A stretch of 41,494 bases of DNA from Nitrospirota bacterium (GTDB lineage: Bacteria; Nitrospirota; JACRHJ01), in the NCBI GenBank assembly GCA_963733375.1, contig CAVTDB010000011.1, positions 1-41,494 of the forward strand, in the 5' to 3' direction. The notes under the pieces were generated by a model. The model searched no databases. It worked only from the letters and a program-made list of their open reading frames with translations, and was not told the DNA's origin. This document shows positions 24,308-35,060 of the stretch, piece after piece. Numbering within the stretch: the first letter of the stretch is position 1; each line of letters starts with the position of its first letter. The translations under genes and the position numbers were made by a program.

Positions 24308-24789
24308 TGGAATTCCAATCCGTAAAAATAAACATCCCCGAGAACTGCAACGTAATCATAGGCCAGAGCCATTTCATCAAGACCGCCGAGGATTTATACG
24401 AGGCGATGGTGAACTCGGTGCCGGGGCGAAGTTCGGAGTCGCGTTCTCCGAGGCTTCCGGGCCTTGCCTGATAAGGGTCGAGGGCACGGACGAAGAAATG
24501 AAGGCGGCGGCGGTGGAAAATCTGAAGAACATAGCTTGCGGGCATTCGTTCTGCATCATGCTGAGGGACTGCTTTCCCGGTGAACGTCTTAAACGCCGTA
24601 AAGGACTGCCGCGAGGTCGCGAATATCTTCTGCGCGACGGCGAACCCGGTCGAGGTGATTGTCGCCCAGACGGAGCTTGGCAGAGGGATAATGGGCGTCA
24701 TCGACGGCTTCCCGCCGAAGGGCGTGGAAGGGCCGGAAGACGTGAAGAAGCGTAAAGATTTCTTGAGGATGATCGGATACAAGCTGTAA
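24307..24789 (+). CDS. Adenosine-specific kinase family protein (DUF355/PAE2307-like; two frameshifts)
   Basis: [61 protein letters not shown] assembled across frames. Confidence 0.85.
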
Positions 24790-24888
24790 AACCGTTACCT
24801 TTTTGGTAAAAAGGTAACGCCAAAAACTTTTAAACTGTCCCGCTTTCTTTTGGTTCTTTTCTTTCTCGCGAAAGAAAAGAACGGTTTT
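24787..24888. repeat. Triplex-type repeat locus 13 (pair)
   Basis: taaaaccgttacc-ttttt-ggt-aaaaa-ggtaac-gcc-aaaaa ... ctttctttt-ggttc-ttttctttc-tcgc-gaaagaaaa-gaacggtttt. Confidence 0.95.
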
Positions 24889-24900
24889 CGGAGGTTTTTA

Positions 24901-25557
24901 ATGTTCGACGTAACGCAGCTCAAGTACGATAAAGACGGCCTCATCCCCGCCATCGTGCAGGACTATGAGGACGGCGCCGTCCTGATGATGGCGTTCATGA
25001 ACAAGCTGTCGCTGGAGAAGACGCTGGAGACCGGGCTATGCCATTACTGGAGCAGGTCCCGGCAGAAGCTCTGGCTTAAAGGCGAGACCTCCGGCCATAC
25101 CCAGGCGGTGAAGGAGGCGTATTACGACTGCGACTCGGACTGTCTGCTCTTCAAGGTCGAACAGAAAACCGCCGCCTGCCATACCGGGAACAGGAGCTGC
25201 TTTTATACAAAGATAGAAGCGGACGGCATCAGGAACGTCGGAGAAAAAAAATTCAACGAGTCCGACGTCTATTCCGGAAGCGATATCATAGACAAGCTCT
25301 ACGGCGTAATCAAGGACAGGAAAGCAAACCCCGCCGAAGGCTCGTACGTCAGCGGTCTTTTCGCCAAAGGTAAGGACGCAATTTTAAAGAAGGTGGGCGA
25401 GGAGGCGGCGGAGGTAGTTATCGCTTCCAAGAACGGCTCTAAGGACGAGCTGGTCCATGAGGTTGCCGACCTGTGGTTCCACTCGCTTGTCGCCCTCGCG
25501 GAGGCGGGGGTCACGCCGTCGGAAATTTATGCCGAGTTAAAGGGCAGGCGTAAATAG
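24901..25557 (+). CDS. hisIE: Bifunctional phosphoribosyl-AMP cyclohydrolase / phosphoribosyl-ATP pyrophosphatase
   Basis: [48 protein letters not shown]; GGAGG SD before ATG 24901. Confidence 0.96.
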   Translation: MFDVTQLKYDKDGLIPAIVQDYEDGAVLMMAFMNKLSLEKTLETGLCHYWSRSRQKLWLKGETSGHTQAVKEAYYDCDSDCLLFKVEQKTAACHTGNRSCFYTKIEADGIRNVGEKKFNESDVYSGSDIIDKLYGVIKDRKANPAEGSYVSGLFAKGKDAILKKVGEEAAEVVIASKNGSKDELVHEVADLWFHSLVALAEAGVTPSEIYAELKGRRK

Positions 25558-25680
25558 GCCTGGCCTTACCATTGCCCTCTCGTCGCGGGCGGCCGCAGTG
25601 AACGGTTACAGCCAGCCACGCCATGTCAGATAAAGAAACCGCCGGTCCGCCAGGATAGATTTAACGGTCTCCCCATGCAT

Positions 25681-25708
25681 TTGACAACTTCCGGTTTAGT
25701 GTTATTAT
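25681..25708 (+). promoter_or_regulatory. Putative sigma70 promoter of the polysaccharide cluster
   Basis: TTGACA-N16-TATTAT with a TG extended -10 element, followed by an AT-rich tract. Confidence 0.6.
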
Positions 25709-26094
25709 TAAGTTAATATTATTTAATAGCAAGAAGCCTACCACCAGGAATTCGGTTTTAGAGCACGCGCACTTCCCCGAGAACTACCTCATCAACACAA
25801 GCCATTTGAAAACTTTTTAGCGGACGAGATAGTTTATCCGAACACTCGAGGTGTGCCATGGCCCTGCGGGACGGCGGGGGGTGCAGCGGTATTGAAGAGA
25901 AAGATGAGGGGTTTTGCCCAGGCGGCAAGAACCAGTCATTGCGGAACCCTCACATCAGAATCAAAGCCGAAACTGTCTCCCGGTTTACCTTCCCACACCT
26001 TTGCGCCAACTTTTTTTTAAAGCCGTACCTGGCTGTGACGTACGCATAAAAGCACGTGCGCGGAGTAGTTTTTCCTATACGAAAAGAGGGGAAT

Positions 26095-26970
26095 ATGAGG
26101 GACATCCGGTATCTGTTTGTCTTAACTGCCCTGGCGGCGACCTTGCTGACGGGGAGAGCTGCCCTGGCCCAGGATTATATACTGGGCGGAGGCGACCTGC
26201 TCAAGATCACCGTGTATCAGAACGAAGACCTTACCACCGAGACGAGGGTCAGCGGCAACGGGATGATAAGCGTACCGCTGATCGGCAAGATGAAGGTGGC
26301 GGGGCAGACGCCGGGCGACGTGGAGCAGAAGATAGTGCAGAAGCTTGCGCAGGGCTACATCATAGACCCGCACGTGACGGTTTTCGTGGAGGAATATAAG
26401 AGCAAAAGGGTGACTATCCTGGGAGAGGTGGCAAAGCCCGGGGTATATGAACTTACCGCGAACGCAAGCATACTGGAAATAATTTCCAAGGCGGGCGGGC
26501 TTACGGATAAGGCCGGGGACACCATCGTCATAAAAAGGCAAAAGACCGTCGCCCCCAGTTCCAGCGCGCCAAAGGCCGTCTCCGACAATACCGGCGGAGA
26601 AGAGGCCGTCCAGGCGGCCGAGCGGGCCGACCCCGATGAGACTTATATAAGGTTGAACTTAAAAGAGCTCATGGAAAAAGGAAATCTGGCCGAAAACCCC
26701 AGCGTGCAGGACGGGGACAATATCTTCGTTACCAAGAGCGGCTTCATTTACGTGACCGGCGAGGTAAAGATGCCGGGCGCATACAAGTTCGAGGAAGGGA
26801 CCACAGTAATGAAGGCGATAGCGCTGGCGCAAGGGCTCACTGACAAGGCCGCTCCGGGCAGGACTAAATTGATCAGGAAGATAGACGGCAAGGATGAGTC
26901 TATGAAGGTCAATATGGAGTACCCGGTCAAGCAGGACGACGTGATTTCAGTGCCTGAGAGCTTCTTTTAA
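26095..26970 (+). CDS. Polysaccharide export protein (Wza/OPX-like; Poly_export plus SLBB domains)
   Basis: Signal peptide (ALA-QDY), YILGGGDLLKITV, GMISVPLIG, GEVAKPGVY, GEVKMPGAY. Confidence 0.88.
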   Translation: MRDIRYLFVLTALAATLLTGRAALAQDYILGGGDLLKITVYQNEDLTTETRVSGNGMISVPLIGKMKVAGQTPGDVEQKIVQKLAQGYIIDPHVTVFVEEYKSKRVTILGEVAKPGVYELTANASILEIISKAGGLTDKAGDTIVIKRQKTVAPSSSAPKAVSDNTGGEEAVQAAERADPDETYIRLNLKELMEKGNLAENPSVQDGDNIFVTKSGFIYVTGEVKMPGAYKFEEGTTVMKAIALAQGLTDKAAPGRTKLIRKIDGKDESMKVNMEYPVKQDDVISVPESFF

Positions 26971-26992
26971 CCAAAAAGGGAAGGGGACGGAT

Positions 26993-29116
26993 ATGAAAGA
27001 AGAGCTTGGCCTTAGGGACTACCTGATGATCCTGAGCAAGAGGAGGGTCTCCGCGACGGTCATCTTCGCGATTTTCGTCTTGGTGGTGACCGCGGTAACT
27101 TTCACTATGACGCCGGTCTATAAAGCGACCGCGCAGGTTTATGTCGAATCGCCGAACATGCAGTTCAACATCCAGCAGCAGCAGATGGAGAACCAGACGG
27201 ACACGGCGTCTTACCTCCAGACCCAGATGAACATACTGAAAAGCGAGGCCATAGCCCGGAAGGTCATCGCGAAGCTCCACCTGGACACGGTGGAGTTCGG
27301 GAAGAAAAACTCCAGCTCTCCTCTGGCCTTCCTGGCAAGCAAGGACGCGGCGGCGGCGCCCACCTCGATGGACAGCTCCATACGCGCATTCGAGAAGCAC
27401 CTTAATGTCGAGGTGGTGAAGAACAGCAACCTCGTCAGCGTCAGCTATGAGACGGAGAACCCGGAACTTGCCGCCGCAGTCGCCAATGAGACCGTGCAGA
27501 CCTTCATAGACCAGAACATCGACATGCGGACCGCTCCGGCCAAGAGCTATATGACATGGCTGGACGGCGAGCTCGATAAAATAAAAAGCAAGATGAACGA
27601 GAGCTCGGATTCGCTGGAGAATTTCAAGCGTTCCAGGAGTCTCATCGTCGGCGGGGACCGCAATTCCAATGTCACCCTGGCGGCCTTGAACGACCTTAAC
27701 GCAAGGATGCTTGCCGCGGAGGCGAAGAGATACCAGGCTGAGATAAAATACCAGCAGGTAATGAAGCTTTCTTCCGTTTCCGGCGGGGTAATGAGCCTCC
27801 CTGACGTTTTAAACAATAAGCTCATACAGGACCTGAAGGCGCAGGAGGAGCTTATAAACAAGGAAATGGCGGAGAAGTCCAAGAAATTCGGCGATAAGCA
27901 CCCGGTGATCGTAGGCCTGAACAACGAAATGGCCCAGATAAAAAGGCAGATAAACAGCGAAGTCAAATTAATCGTCAACGGGATAAAGAACGATTACGAA
28001 GCATCCCTCCATGAAGAGAGGAGCCTGCAGGGCGCGTTCAACCGCCAGAAGGCGGAGGCGATGAGCTACGACCAGCACGCCGCGGAGTACGAACTTAAAA
28101 AAGAGGACATGGAGGGCGCGAAGGCCATATACCAGCAGGTGCTCAAGAAGGCCCAGGAAACGACCATCATGGGCACCATCAACGTGAGCAACGTACAGCT
28201 GTTCGACAAGGCCACGCCCCCAAGGAAGCCCTCCAAGCCGAAGAAGGCCCTTAACGTGCTCCTGGGAATCGTCCTGGGACTCTTTACGGGCGTGGGTTTC
28301 GCCCTTGTCAGCGAGCGGATGGACAATACCTACACCTCCCCGGAAGAGCTGGAAGAGCACCTGGGCGTGCCGATGCTGGGGATAGTGCCGAAATCATCCC
28401 AGCAGGACGACAAAAAACCCGAGAACATAGTGGCGGTGACGGACCCGATATCGCCGATGGCGGAATCCTTCAGGACGATAAGGAGCAACATCCTGCTCGC
28501 CAGGAAGGACCACACTCCCCGCGTCATGCAGGTATGCAGCGCGCTGCACGGCGAAGGGAAATCCACCGTCTCCATAAACCTCGCCTGCATAATGGCCGCC
28601 GCCGGCGAGAGGATACTCCTGATCGACGGCGATATGCGAAGGCCCAGACTGCACAAGGTCTTCGAGGTCCCCAACTCGCGCGGCCTCTCCAGCGTTATCA
28701 CGAAAAAGGCGGAGCTGGCCGACGTGCTGAAGAAGACGGGCGTACCTAACCTGACCTTCATCCCTTCCGGGCCGCTTTACTCGAACCCCGGCGAGATGCT
28801 GGGCTCCACCGCGATGTTCAACCTGGTCGCAGGGCTAAGAGAGCAGTTCGACAGGGTGCTTATCGACTGCCCGCCATATCTGGGCATAGCGGACGCGTCG
28901 CTCCTCACGCCGCTCTCCGACGGGGTAGTCCTGGTCGTCAGGAGCGGGAGCACCATAAAGGACGCGGTCTGGAAGATAAAAAAGAATATGGACGTGATAA
29001 AGGCGGAGATACTCGGCGTGGTGTTAAACGACATGACCACCCGCTCCGTGGACTATTACTATCACTACAACTACTCGAACTACATCAGCACCAAGAGGCC
29101 AAAAGCTAGCACTTAG
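26993..29116 (+). CDS. wzc: Polysaccharide co-polymerase / BY tyrosine kinase (Wzc/GumC-like)
   Basis: Two TM segments, coiled periplasmic domain, AESFRTIRSN, GEGKST, LIDGDMR, IDCPP, C-terminal Tyr cluster YYYHYNYSNY. Confidence 0.9.
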   Translation: MKEELGLRDYLMILSKRRVSATVIFAIFVLVVTAVTFTMTPVYKATAQVYVESPNMQFNIQQQQMENQTDTASYLQTQMNILKSEAIARKVIAKLHLDTVEFGKKNSSSPLAFLASKDAAAAPTSMDSSIRAFEKHLNVEVVKNSNLVSVSYETENPELAAAVANETVQTFIDQNIDMRTAPAKSYMTWLDGELDKIKSKMNESSDSLENFKRSRSLIVGGDRNSNVTLAALNDLNARMLAAEAKRYQAEIKYQQVMKLSSVSGGVMSLPDVLNNKLIQDLKAQEELINKEMAEKSKKFGDKHPVIVGLNNEMAQIKRQINSEVKLIVNGIKNDYEASLHEERSLQGAFNRQKAEAMSYDQHAAEYELKKEDMEGAKAIYQQVLKKAQETTIMGTINVSNVQLFDKATPPRKPSKPKKALNVLLGIVLGLFTGVGFALVSERMDNTYTSPEELEEHLGVPMLGIVPKSSQQDDKKPENIVAVTDPISPMAESFRTIRSNILLARKDHTPRVMQVCSALHGEGKSTVSINLACIMAAAGERILLIDGDMRRPRLHKVFEVPNSRGLSSVITKKAELADVLKKTGVPNLTFIPSGPLYSNPGEMLGSTAMFNLVAGLREQFDRVLIDCPPYLGIADASLLTPLSDGVVLVVRSGSTIKDAVWKIKKNMDVIKAEILGVVLNDMTTRSVDYYYHYNYSNYISTKRPKAST

Positions 29117-29167
29117 TCTTCCCGGCCCGGTCCCGGGCCAAAGAGTCATTGGGTTCGCAATTTTTAA

Positions 29168-30199
29168 ATGGCGCTAAATCACGGCGGGCGAGGTATGCCC
29201 GACCGACACGGACGGAGTACGGCCTTGAACATAGACTCGCACATGCACGTGAACTTCAAGGGCCTGGACGCCGGCGGGATAGTCTCCTACCTGGACCGGG
29301 AGGGGCTAAGTAAATGCTGGCTTCTGACCTGGGAAGAGGTAGCCCCGAAAGCCCCCGTGTACATGCACCTCTCGGCGGACGACGTGTTCGATGCGTACCG
29401 TAAATATCCCGAGAGGATATGCCCCATGTACGCGCCGGACCCCGCGGCTGCCGACGCGGCGGATAAGTTCATGGCCTGGGTGGACAAAGGCGTATGCGGC
29501 TGCGGAGAGCTGAAGACTTCGCTTCCCTGGGACTCGCCGAAGCTCGACCGGCTGCTTGAGAAGGTCAACGCCCTGGGGATGCCGCTTGTATTCCACATGG
29601 AGAGCGGGGGCCCGCGTTATGCGCCGGCTGGCGATAACGGGTTTGAAAAGCTGATGGCAAAGATGCTGAACACCCCGCGCTACCTGGGCTACCCCAGGAA
29701 GGTAATCAATTTTTTAGAGAACGTGTACGCGCCGCTCAGGGAAACAAAAGAGAAGATGCGAAGCGATTTTCCGGGATACATGACGGATTTCGCCGCCCTG
29801 GAGACCCGCCTTCGGCAGTTCCCCAGGATCAAGTTCATAGGGCACGGGCCGCTCTTCTGGGAAGGCATATCCCTGGAAGGCGCCACGGAGGGGGTCCTGC
29901 CGCGCGGCAGGGTGATAGCCGGAGGGATAACGGTTAAGCTCATGGACGAGTACGACAACCTCTATGCCGACCTGTCGGGCTATTCGGGCTACAGGGCACT
30001 CACGAGAGACCCCGGGTTCGCGCGGCAATTCATAATAAGGCATTCCGGCAAGATACTGTACGGGACCGACAACTTCTTCCTGGGCCTTAAGCGATTTTTA
30101 GAGTCGCTCAAGCTCCCGGAGGACTGCGCCCGGCGCATATACGGGGAGAATGCATTGCGGATCGCGGGTGGAGCGGGAGGGGGAGGGCTTTCGAACTGA
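29168..30199 (+). CDS. Amidohydrolase-superfamily metalloenzyme (start uncertain, possibly TTG near 29225)
   Basis: IDSHMH, GCGELK, PLVFHME, FIGHGP, LYADLSG, ILYGTD. Confidence 0.8.
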   Translation: MALNHGGRGMPDRHGRSTALNIDSHMHVNFKGLDAGGIVSYLDREGLSKCWLLTWEEVAPKAPVYMHLSADDVFDAYRKYPERICPMYAPDPAAADAADKFMAWVDKGVCGCGELKTSLPWDSPKLDRLLEKVNALGMPLVFHMESGGPRYAPAGDNGFEKLMAKMLNTPRYLGYPRKVINFLENVYAPLRETKEKMRSDFPGYMTDFAALETRLRQFPRIKFIGHGPLFWEGISLEGATEGVLPRGRVIAGGITVKLMDEYDNLYADLSGYSGYRALTRDPGFARQFIIRHSGKILYGTDNFFLGLKRFLESLKLPEDCARRIYGENALRIAGGAGGGGLSN

Positions 30200-30221
30200 T
30201 GGTCTTCAAGGAGGATTAGCC

Positions 30222-32054
30222 ATGTGCGGAATTGTGGGATATATAGGCGAAAAAAACGCCGTACCCATTCTCCTGGCGGGTCTTAAGAAGCTGGAGTACA
30301 GGGGGTACGACTCCGCCGGCATCGCCTTCCTCCAGGACGGCAGTCTCGGCATCAGGCGCAGCGTCGGAAAGCTTAGGAACCTGGAGTCGGCCATAGAGGG
30401 AGAGGCCTGCATCTCCGGGATAGGCATCGGGCATACCCGCTGGGCGACACATGGGAAACCCTGCGAGGCCAACGCGCACCCCCACCGCTGCGGCAAGGTG
30501 GCGGTAGTCCATAACGGCATCATCGAGAACTACGCCCAGCTAAAGACCGAGCTGGTACAACGGGGGCATACGTTCAAATCGGAGACAGACACTGAAGTCA
30601 TCGCACATCTTATAGACGATGGGCTTACGGAAGGGCTGGACCTGGAAGCCGCGGTAAGGCGGGGCTTAAGCCAACTGAAAGGCTCGTATGCGATAGGCGT
30701 GGTGGTGGAGGACCGCCCGGACGTACTGGTGGCCGCCCGCGCTGGCTGTCCGCTGGTGATAGGCCTGGGCGCCGGCGAATTTTTCATAGCCTCGGACCTC
30801 CCGCCGATACTGGGATACACGAAAGAAATCATATTCCTGGACGACTACGAGATGGCGGTGCTGTGCAGGGACGGAGTGAAGGTGACGGCCTTGGACGGCT
30901 CCGCCAGGAAAAAAGACATAAGCCAGGTAAGGTGGAGCCCCGCGATGGCGGAAAAAGGGGGCTACAAGCATTTCATGCTTAAGGAGATATACGAGCAGCC
31001 CCAGGCGATCCGCGATACCTTCCTGGGCAGGATAGACGCTCCAAACGGCAGCGTCTCGTTTGAAGATTTAGACATCCCGGACGAGGCCTTGAAGACGGTA
31101 AAAAAGGCCGCGCTTATCGCCTGCGGCACCTCCTGGCATTCGTGCCTGATAGCGAAGTTCATGCTGGAAGAGCTGGCCAGGCTCCCGGTGGAGGTGGATA
31201 TCGCATCCGAGTTCAGGTACAGGAGCCCCATAGTCGGCGCGGACACCCTGTTCGTGGCGGTAACGCAGTCCGGCGAGACGGCGGATACGCTGGCCGCGAT
31301 GCGCGAGGCCAAAAAACTCGGGGCCAGGACTATTTCCATATGCAACGTGGTCGGAAGCACCGCGAGCCGGGACGCGGACGGCGTGATATACACCCACGCA
31401 GGCCCTGAGATAGGCGTCGCATCCACCAAGGCATTCACGGCCCAGCTCACCGCGCTCTTCCTGCTTGCGGTCCGCCTGGGGACCCTTCGCGGAACGCTGG
31501 ACAAGGAAAAAGCCGCCGCATTACTTGGTGAGCTGACGGCCATACCGGAGAAGGTGGGGCGCACCCTTTCCGTGATGGAAGACGAGATGGGGAAGTTAGC
31601 GAAAATTTTTTACAAAAGCAGCGATTTCCTTTACCTCGGGCGGGGGTACAGCTATCCGACGGCCCTGGAGGGCGCGCTGAAGCTGAAGGAAATTTCTTAT
31701 ATACATGCCGAAGGCTATCCGGCGGGAGAGATGAAACACGGGCCGATCGCGCTTATAGACGAGAACATGCCCGTGGTAGTCCTCGCGCCTTCGGACGACG
31801 TTTTCGAGAAAGTGGCTTCAAATATCGAGGAAGTCCGTTCGCGGGGCGGCCAGGTTATCGCCTTTGTGACGGACGGAGACTGGAAGCTGGAGGGGAAGGC
31901 AAACTATATATACCGGGTGCCCGGCACCGTCCCATGTCTGACGCCTGTGTTGATGGCCGTACCCCTCCAGCTCCTCGCCTATAAAATAGCGCTCTTAAGG
32001 GGGAGCGACGTGGACCAGCCGCGCAACCTGGCCAAGAGCGTAACGGTCGAATAG
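30222..32054 (+). CDS. glmS: Glutamine-fructose-6-phosphate aminotransferase
   Basis: MCGIVGY N-terminal Cys, LEYRGYDSAG, GHTRWATHG, QSGETADT, C-terminal PRNLAKSVTVE. Confidence 0.97.
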   Translation: MCGIVGYIGEKNAVPILLAGLKKLEYRGYDSAGIAFLQDGSLGIRRSVGKLRNLESAIEGEACISGIGIGHTRWATHGKPCEANAHPHRCGKVAVVHNGIIENYAQLKTELVQRGHTFKSETDTEVIAHLIDDGLTEGLDLEAAVRRGLSQLKGSYAIGVVVEDRPDVLVAARAGCPLVIGLGAGEFFIASDLPPILGYTKEIIFLDDYEMAVLCRDGVKVTALDGSARKKDISQVRWSPAMAEKGGYKHFMLKEIYEQPQAIRDTFLGRIDAPNGSVSFEDLDIPDEALKTVKKAALIACGTSWHSCLIAKFMLEELARLPVEVDIASEFRYRSPIVGADTLFVAVTQSGETADTLAAMREAKKLGARTISICNVVGSTASRDADGVIYTHAGPEIGVASTKAFTAQLTALFLLAVRLGTLRGTLDKEKAAALLGELTAIPEKVGRTLSVMEDEMGKLAKIFYKSSDFLYLGRGYSYPTALEGALKLKEISYIHAEGYPAGEMKHGPIALIDENMPVVVLAPSDDVFEKVASNIEEVRSRGGQVIAFVTDGDWKLEGKANYIYRVPGTVPCLTPVLMAVPLQLLAYKIALLRGSDVDQPRNLAKSVTVE

Positions 32055-32092
32055 TGCGTGCGATGAAAAACTTAAGCCAAAAGGAGGACGCC

Positions 32093-33461
32093 ATGGAAAC
32101 TTTTATCGAAAGAAATGAAAGCAGGAAGTTACAGAAGGCCGATATCTTTGAAGCCCTCCTGGAAAAGATCGAGACCCGCCGGGCCACGGTCGGCGTGATA
32201 GGCCTGGGATACGTCGGACTCCCCCTGGTGCAGGCGTTCACGGGGGCCGGGTTCCCTGTAATCGGGTTTGATAAGGACACCGAAAAGATAGAACATCTCT
32301 CCGCGGGGACGAGCTACATAAAGCACATCACCGATTCCTCCGTCACCGAGATGACCGGCTCCGGCAGGTTCTCAGGCGACTGCCGATTTCGACAGGCTCA
32401 AAGAGGCTGACTGCATCCTCATCTGCGTGCCCACCCCGCTGAACGAGTACCGCGAGCCGGACCTCTCTTACGTGTTGAACTCGACGGCGGCGGTGGCAAG
32501 GACGCTCCGGGCGGGACAGCTGGTCGTACTTGAATCCACCACCTATCCCGGCACGACGGACGAGGAGATGCGCTCCGTCCTGGAGAAGACGGGGCTTCAG
32601 GCGGGCAAGGATTTCTTCCTCGCTTTCTCGCCGGAGCGCGAGGACCCCAATAACGGCAGCTTCAATACGGCCAGCATCCCCAAGGTCGTCGGCGGATACA
32701 CCGGCAAATGCCTCAAGGTCGCGAATACCCTTTACGGCGGCATCATCAAGAGGACCGTCCCGGTATCGTCCACCCGCGTGGCCGAGGCGACAAAACTGCT
32801 CGAGAACATCTTCAGGAGCGTAAATATCGCGCTGGTCAACGAGCTGAAGGTGCTGTTCGACCGGATGGACATAGACGTCTGGGAAGTCATCTCGGCGGCA
32901 AGCACCAAGCCCTTCGGCTACATGCCGTTTTATCCCGGCCCGGGGCTCGGCGGGCACTGCATACCCATCGACCCGTTCTACCTCACCTGGAAGGCCCGCA
33001 AGTACGACTTCAATACGCGCTTCATCGAGCTGGCGGGCGAGATTATCACGTCCATGCCCTATTACGTGATGGATAAGACGGCGCAGGCGTTAAACCACCA
33101 GGGCAAGGCGCTGAAAGGGGCGAAGGTGCTGGTGCTGGGGGTCGCATACAAGAAGAACGTGGACGACATGCGGGAGTCCCCGTCCCTGAAGGTCATCAAC
33201 CTCCTGATGGAGAAAGAGGCGAAGGTGGAATACTCGGACCCGTACGTCCCGAAGATACCGAAGCTCAGGAAATACAAGCTGGACATGTCCTCGGTGCCGC
33301 TGACGGAGAAGAACCTGTCGAAATATGACGTGGCGATGATACTCACGGACCACGGCGGCTTCGATTACGAATTCATCTATGAACACTCGAACCTCATAAT
33401 AGATACCCGCAACGCGATGGCGGGGATAAAAGACACCAAAAAGAAGATTTTCAAGGCATAG
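32093..33461 (+). CDS. UDP-N-acetyl-D-glucosamine 6-dehydrogenase, WbpA-like (frameshift near 32375)
   Basis: GLGYVGLP, CVPTP, LESTTYPGTT, FSPEREDP, KLLENIFR, GGHCIPIDP, DMRESP. Confidence 0.9.
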
Positions 33462-33472
33462 AGGAGGATCAG

Positions 33473-35060
33473 ATGAGAAAGCCGGCGGTCGCTGTAATAG
33501 GCGCGGGATACTGGGGCAAGAACATAATCAGGGCCCTGCACAAGCTCGGCGCCCTCTCATGCATCTGCGATTCGAGCGAAAAGGCGCTCGAAGTCCAGAG
33601 AGAGACATACGCGGGCGTGCGCACGGAGACGGATTACCAGGCGGTCCTGGATGACGCCACAATAACCGCCGTAGCCATAGCGTCACCCGCGGCAAGACAC
33701 GCGGAGATGATACGGCAGGCCCTGGAGGCGGGCAAGGACGTTTATGTGGAAAAGCCTCTCTGCCTTTCCGAATCCGAGGGCGCGTCTTTGGTGGCGTTGG
33801 CGGCCAGCCTGGGGAGGGTGCTGATGGTGGGGCATCTCCTGCAGTACCACGATGCGGTGGTGAAGTTAAAAGAGATGATAAGCCAGGGGGAGATGGGGAA
33901 GATTCATTATATATACTCGAACCGGCTGAACCTGGGCAAGTTCAGGAGCGAGGAGAACGCGCTATGGAGCTTCGCGCCGCACGATGTCTCCGTGATATTG
34001 GGGTTAGCGGGAGAGATGCCTGAAACCGTATTCTGCAACGGCGGGGCTTTCCTGCAGGACGGGGTCCACGACAGCACCTGCGTCCGTCATGAGCTTTCCC
34101 TCCGGGATGAGGGCGCACATATTCACAAGCTGGCTGAACCCGTTTAAAGAGCAGAAACTGGTGGTGGTGGGGAGCCGGAAGATGGCTGTTTTCGACGACA
34201 TGCAGCCCCCGGAGAGGAAGCTTCTGATTTATCCGCACGTCATCAACTGGAAGGGGAACTTCCCCGTGCCGGAGAAGAAGGAACCGGAAGCCGTGGACCT
34301 TCAGGGCTCGGAGCCTCTTTTAAACGAGATGTCCCATTTCCTTGCGTGCGTAACGGAACGGAAAGTACCCGTGACCGACGGCGCGGAGGGCCTGAGGGTC
34401 CTGAAGGTGCTTCAGGCGTGCCAGAAGTCGCTGGATACCGGGACGAAGGTATCGATGACCGAAAAAAAGGAAACCTTCTTCGCCCATCCGACCGCGGTCG
34501 TAGACCAGCCCGCGGATATCGGCGAGGGGACGTCCATCTGGCACTTCACGCACGTGATGAAGGACTGCAGGATCGGCCGCTCATGCAACATCGGCCAGAA
34601 CGTGGTCATATCGCCGGGCGTGAAGGTCGGGGATAAGGTGAAGATACAGAATAACGTCTCGGTCTACACCGGCGTGGTGCTGGAGGACGGCGTCTTCTGC
34701 GGCCCTTCGATGGTGTTCACGAACGTGATGAACCCGAGAAGCTACGTATCCCGGCGGGACGAATATAAAGAGACGCTGGTAAAAGAAGGCGCGACCCTGG
34801 GCGCGAACTGCACCGTAGTCTGCGGGCATACCATAGGGAGGTTCGCATTCGTCGGAGCGGGCGCGGTGGTTACGAAGGACGTGCCGGACTACGCCCTGGT
34901 GGTCGGGAATCCGGGCCGGATAATCGGGTACATGTGCGAGTGCGGCGCCAGGCTCTCTTTTAACGGAGAAGAAGCGGATTGCCCGGCCTGCGGCGCGTCG
35001 TATGAAAAGAGAAGCGGAAGAGTAGAGAGGAGGCAAAAAATTGAAAGTACCGTTGCTTGA
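33473..35060 (+). CDS. WbpB/WlbA-like Gfo/Idh/MocA oxidoreductase apparently fused to a WbpD/WlbB-like hexapeptide N-acetyltransferase (frameshift near 34085)
   Basis: [24 protein letters not shown], then in one frame [46 protein letters not shown]. Confidence 0.82.

Noticed and set aside
25915-25932. ops/JUMPstart element (caggcggcaag)
   Set aside because: Does not match GGCGGTAG and lacks the rest of the JUMPstart consensus.
30166-30221. G-quadruplex motif or glmS ribozyme upstream of glmS
   Set aside because: The G-runs simply encode a Gly-rich C-terminal tail, and the 22-nt gap leaves no room for a ribozyme.
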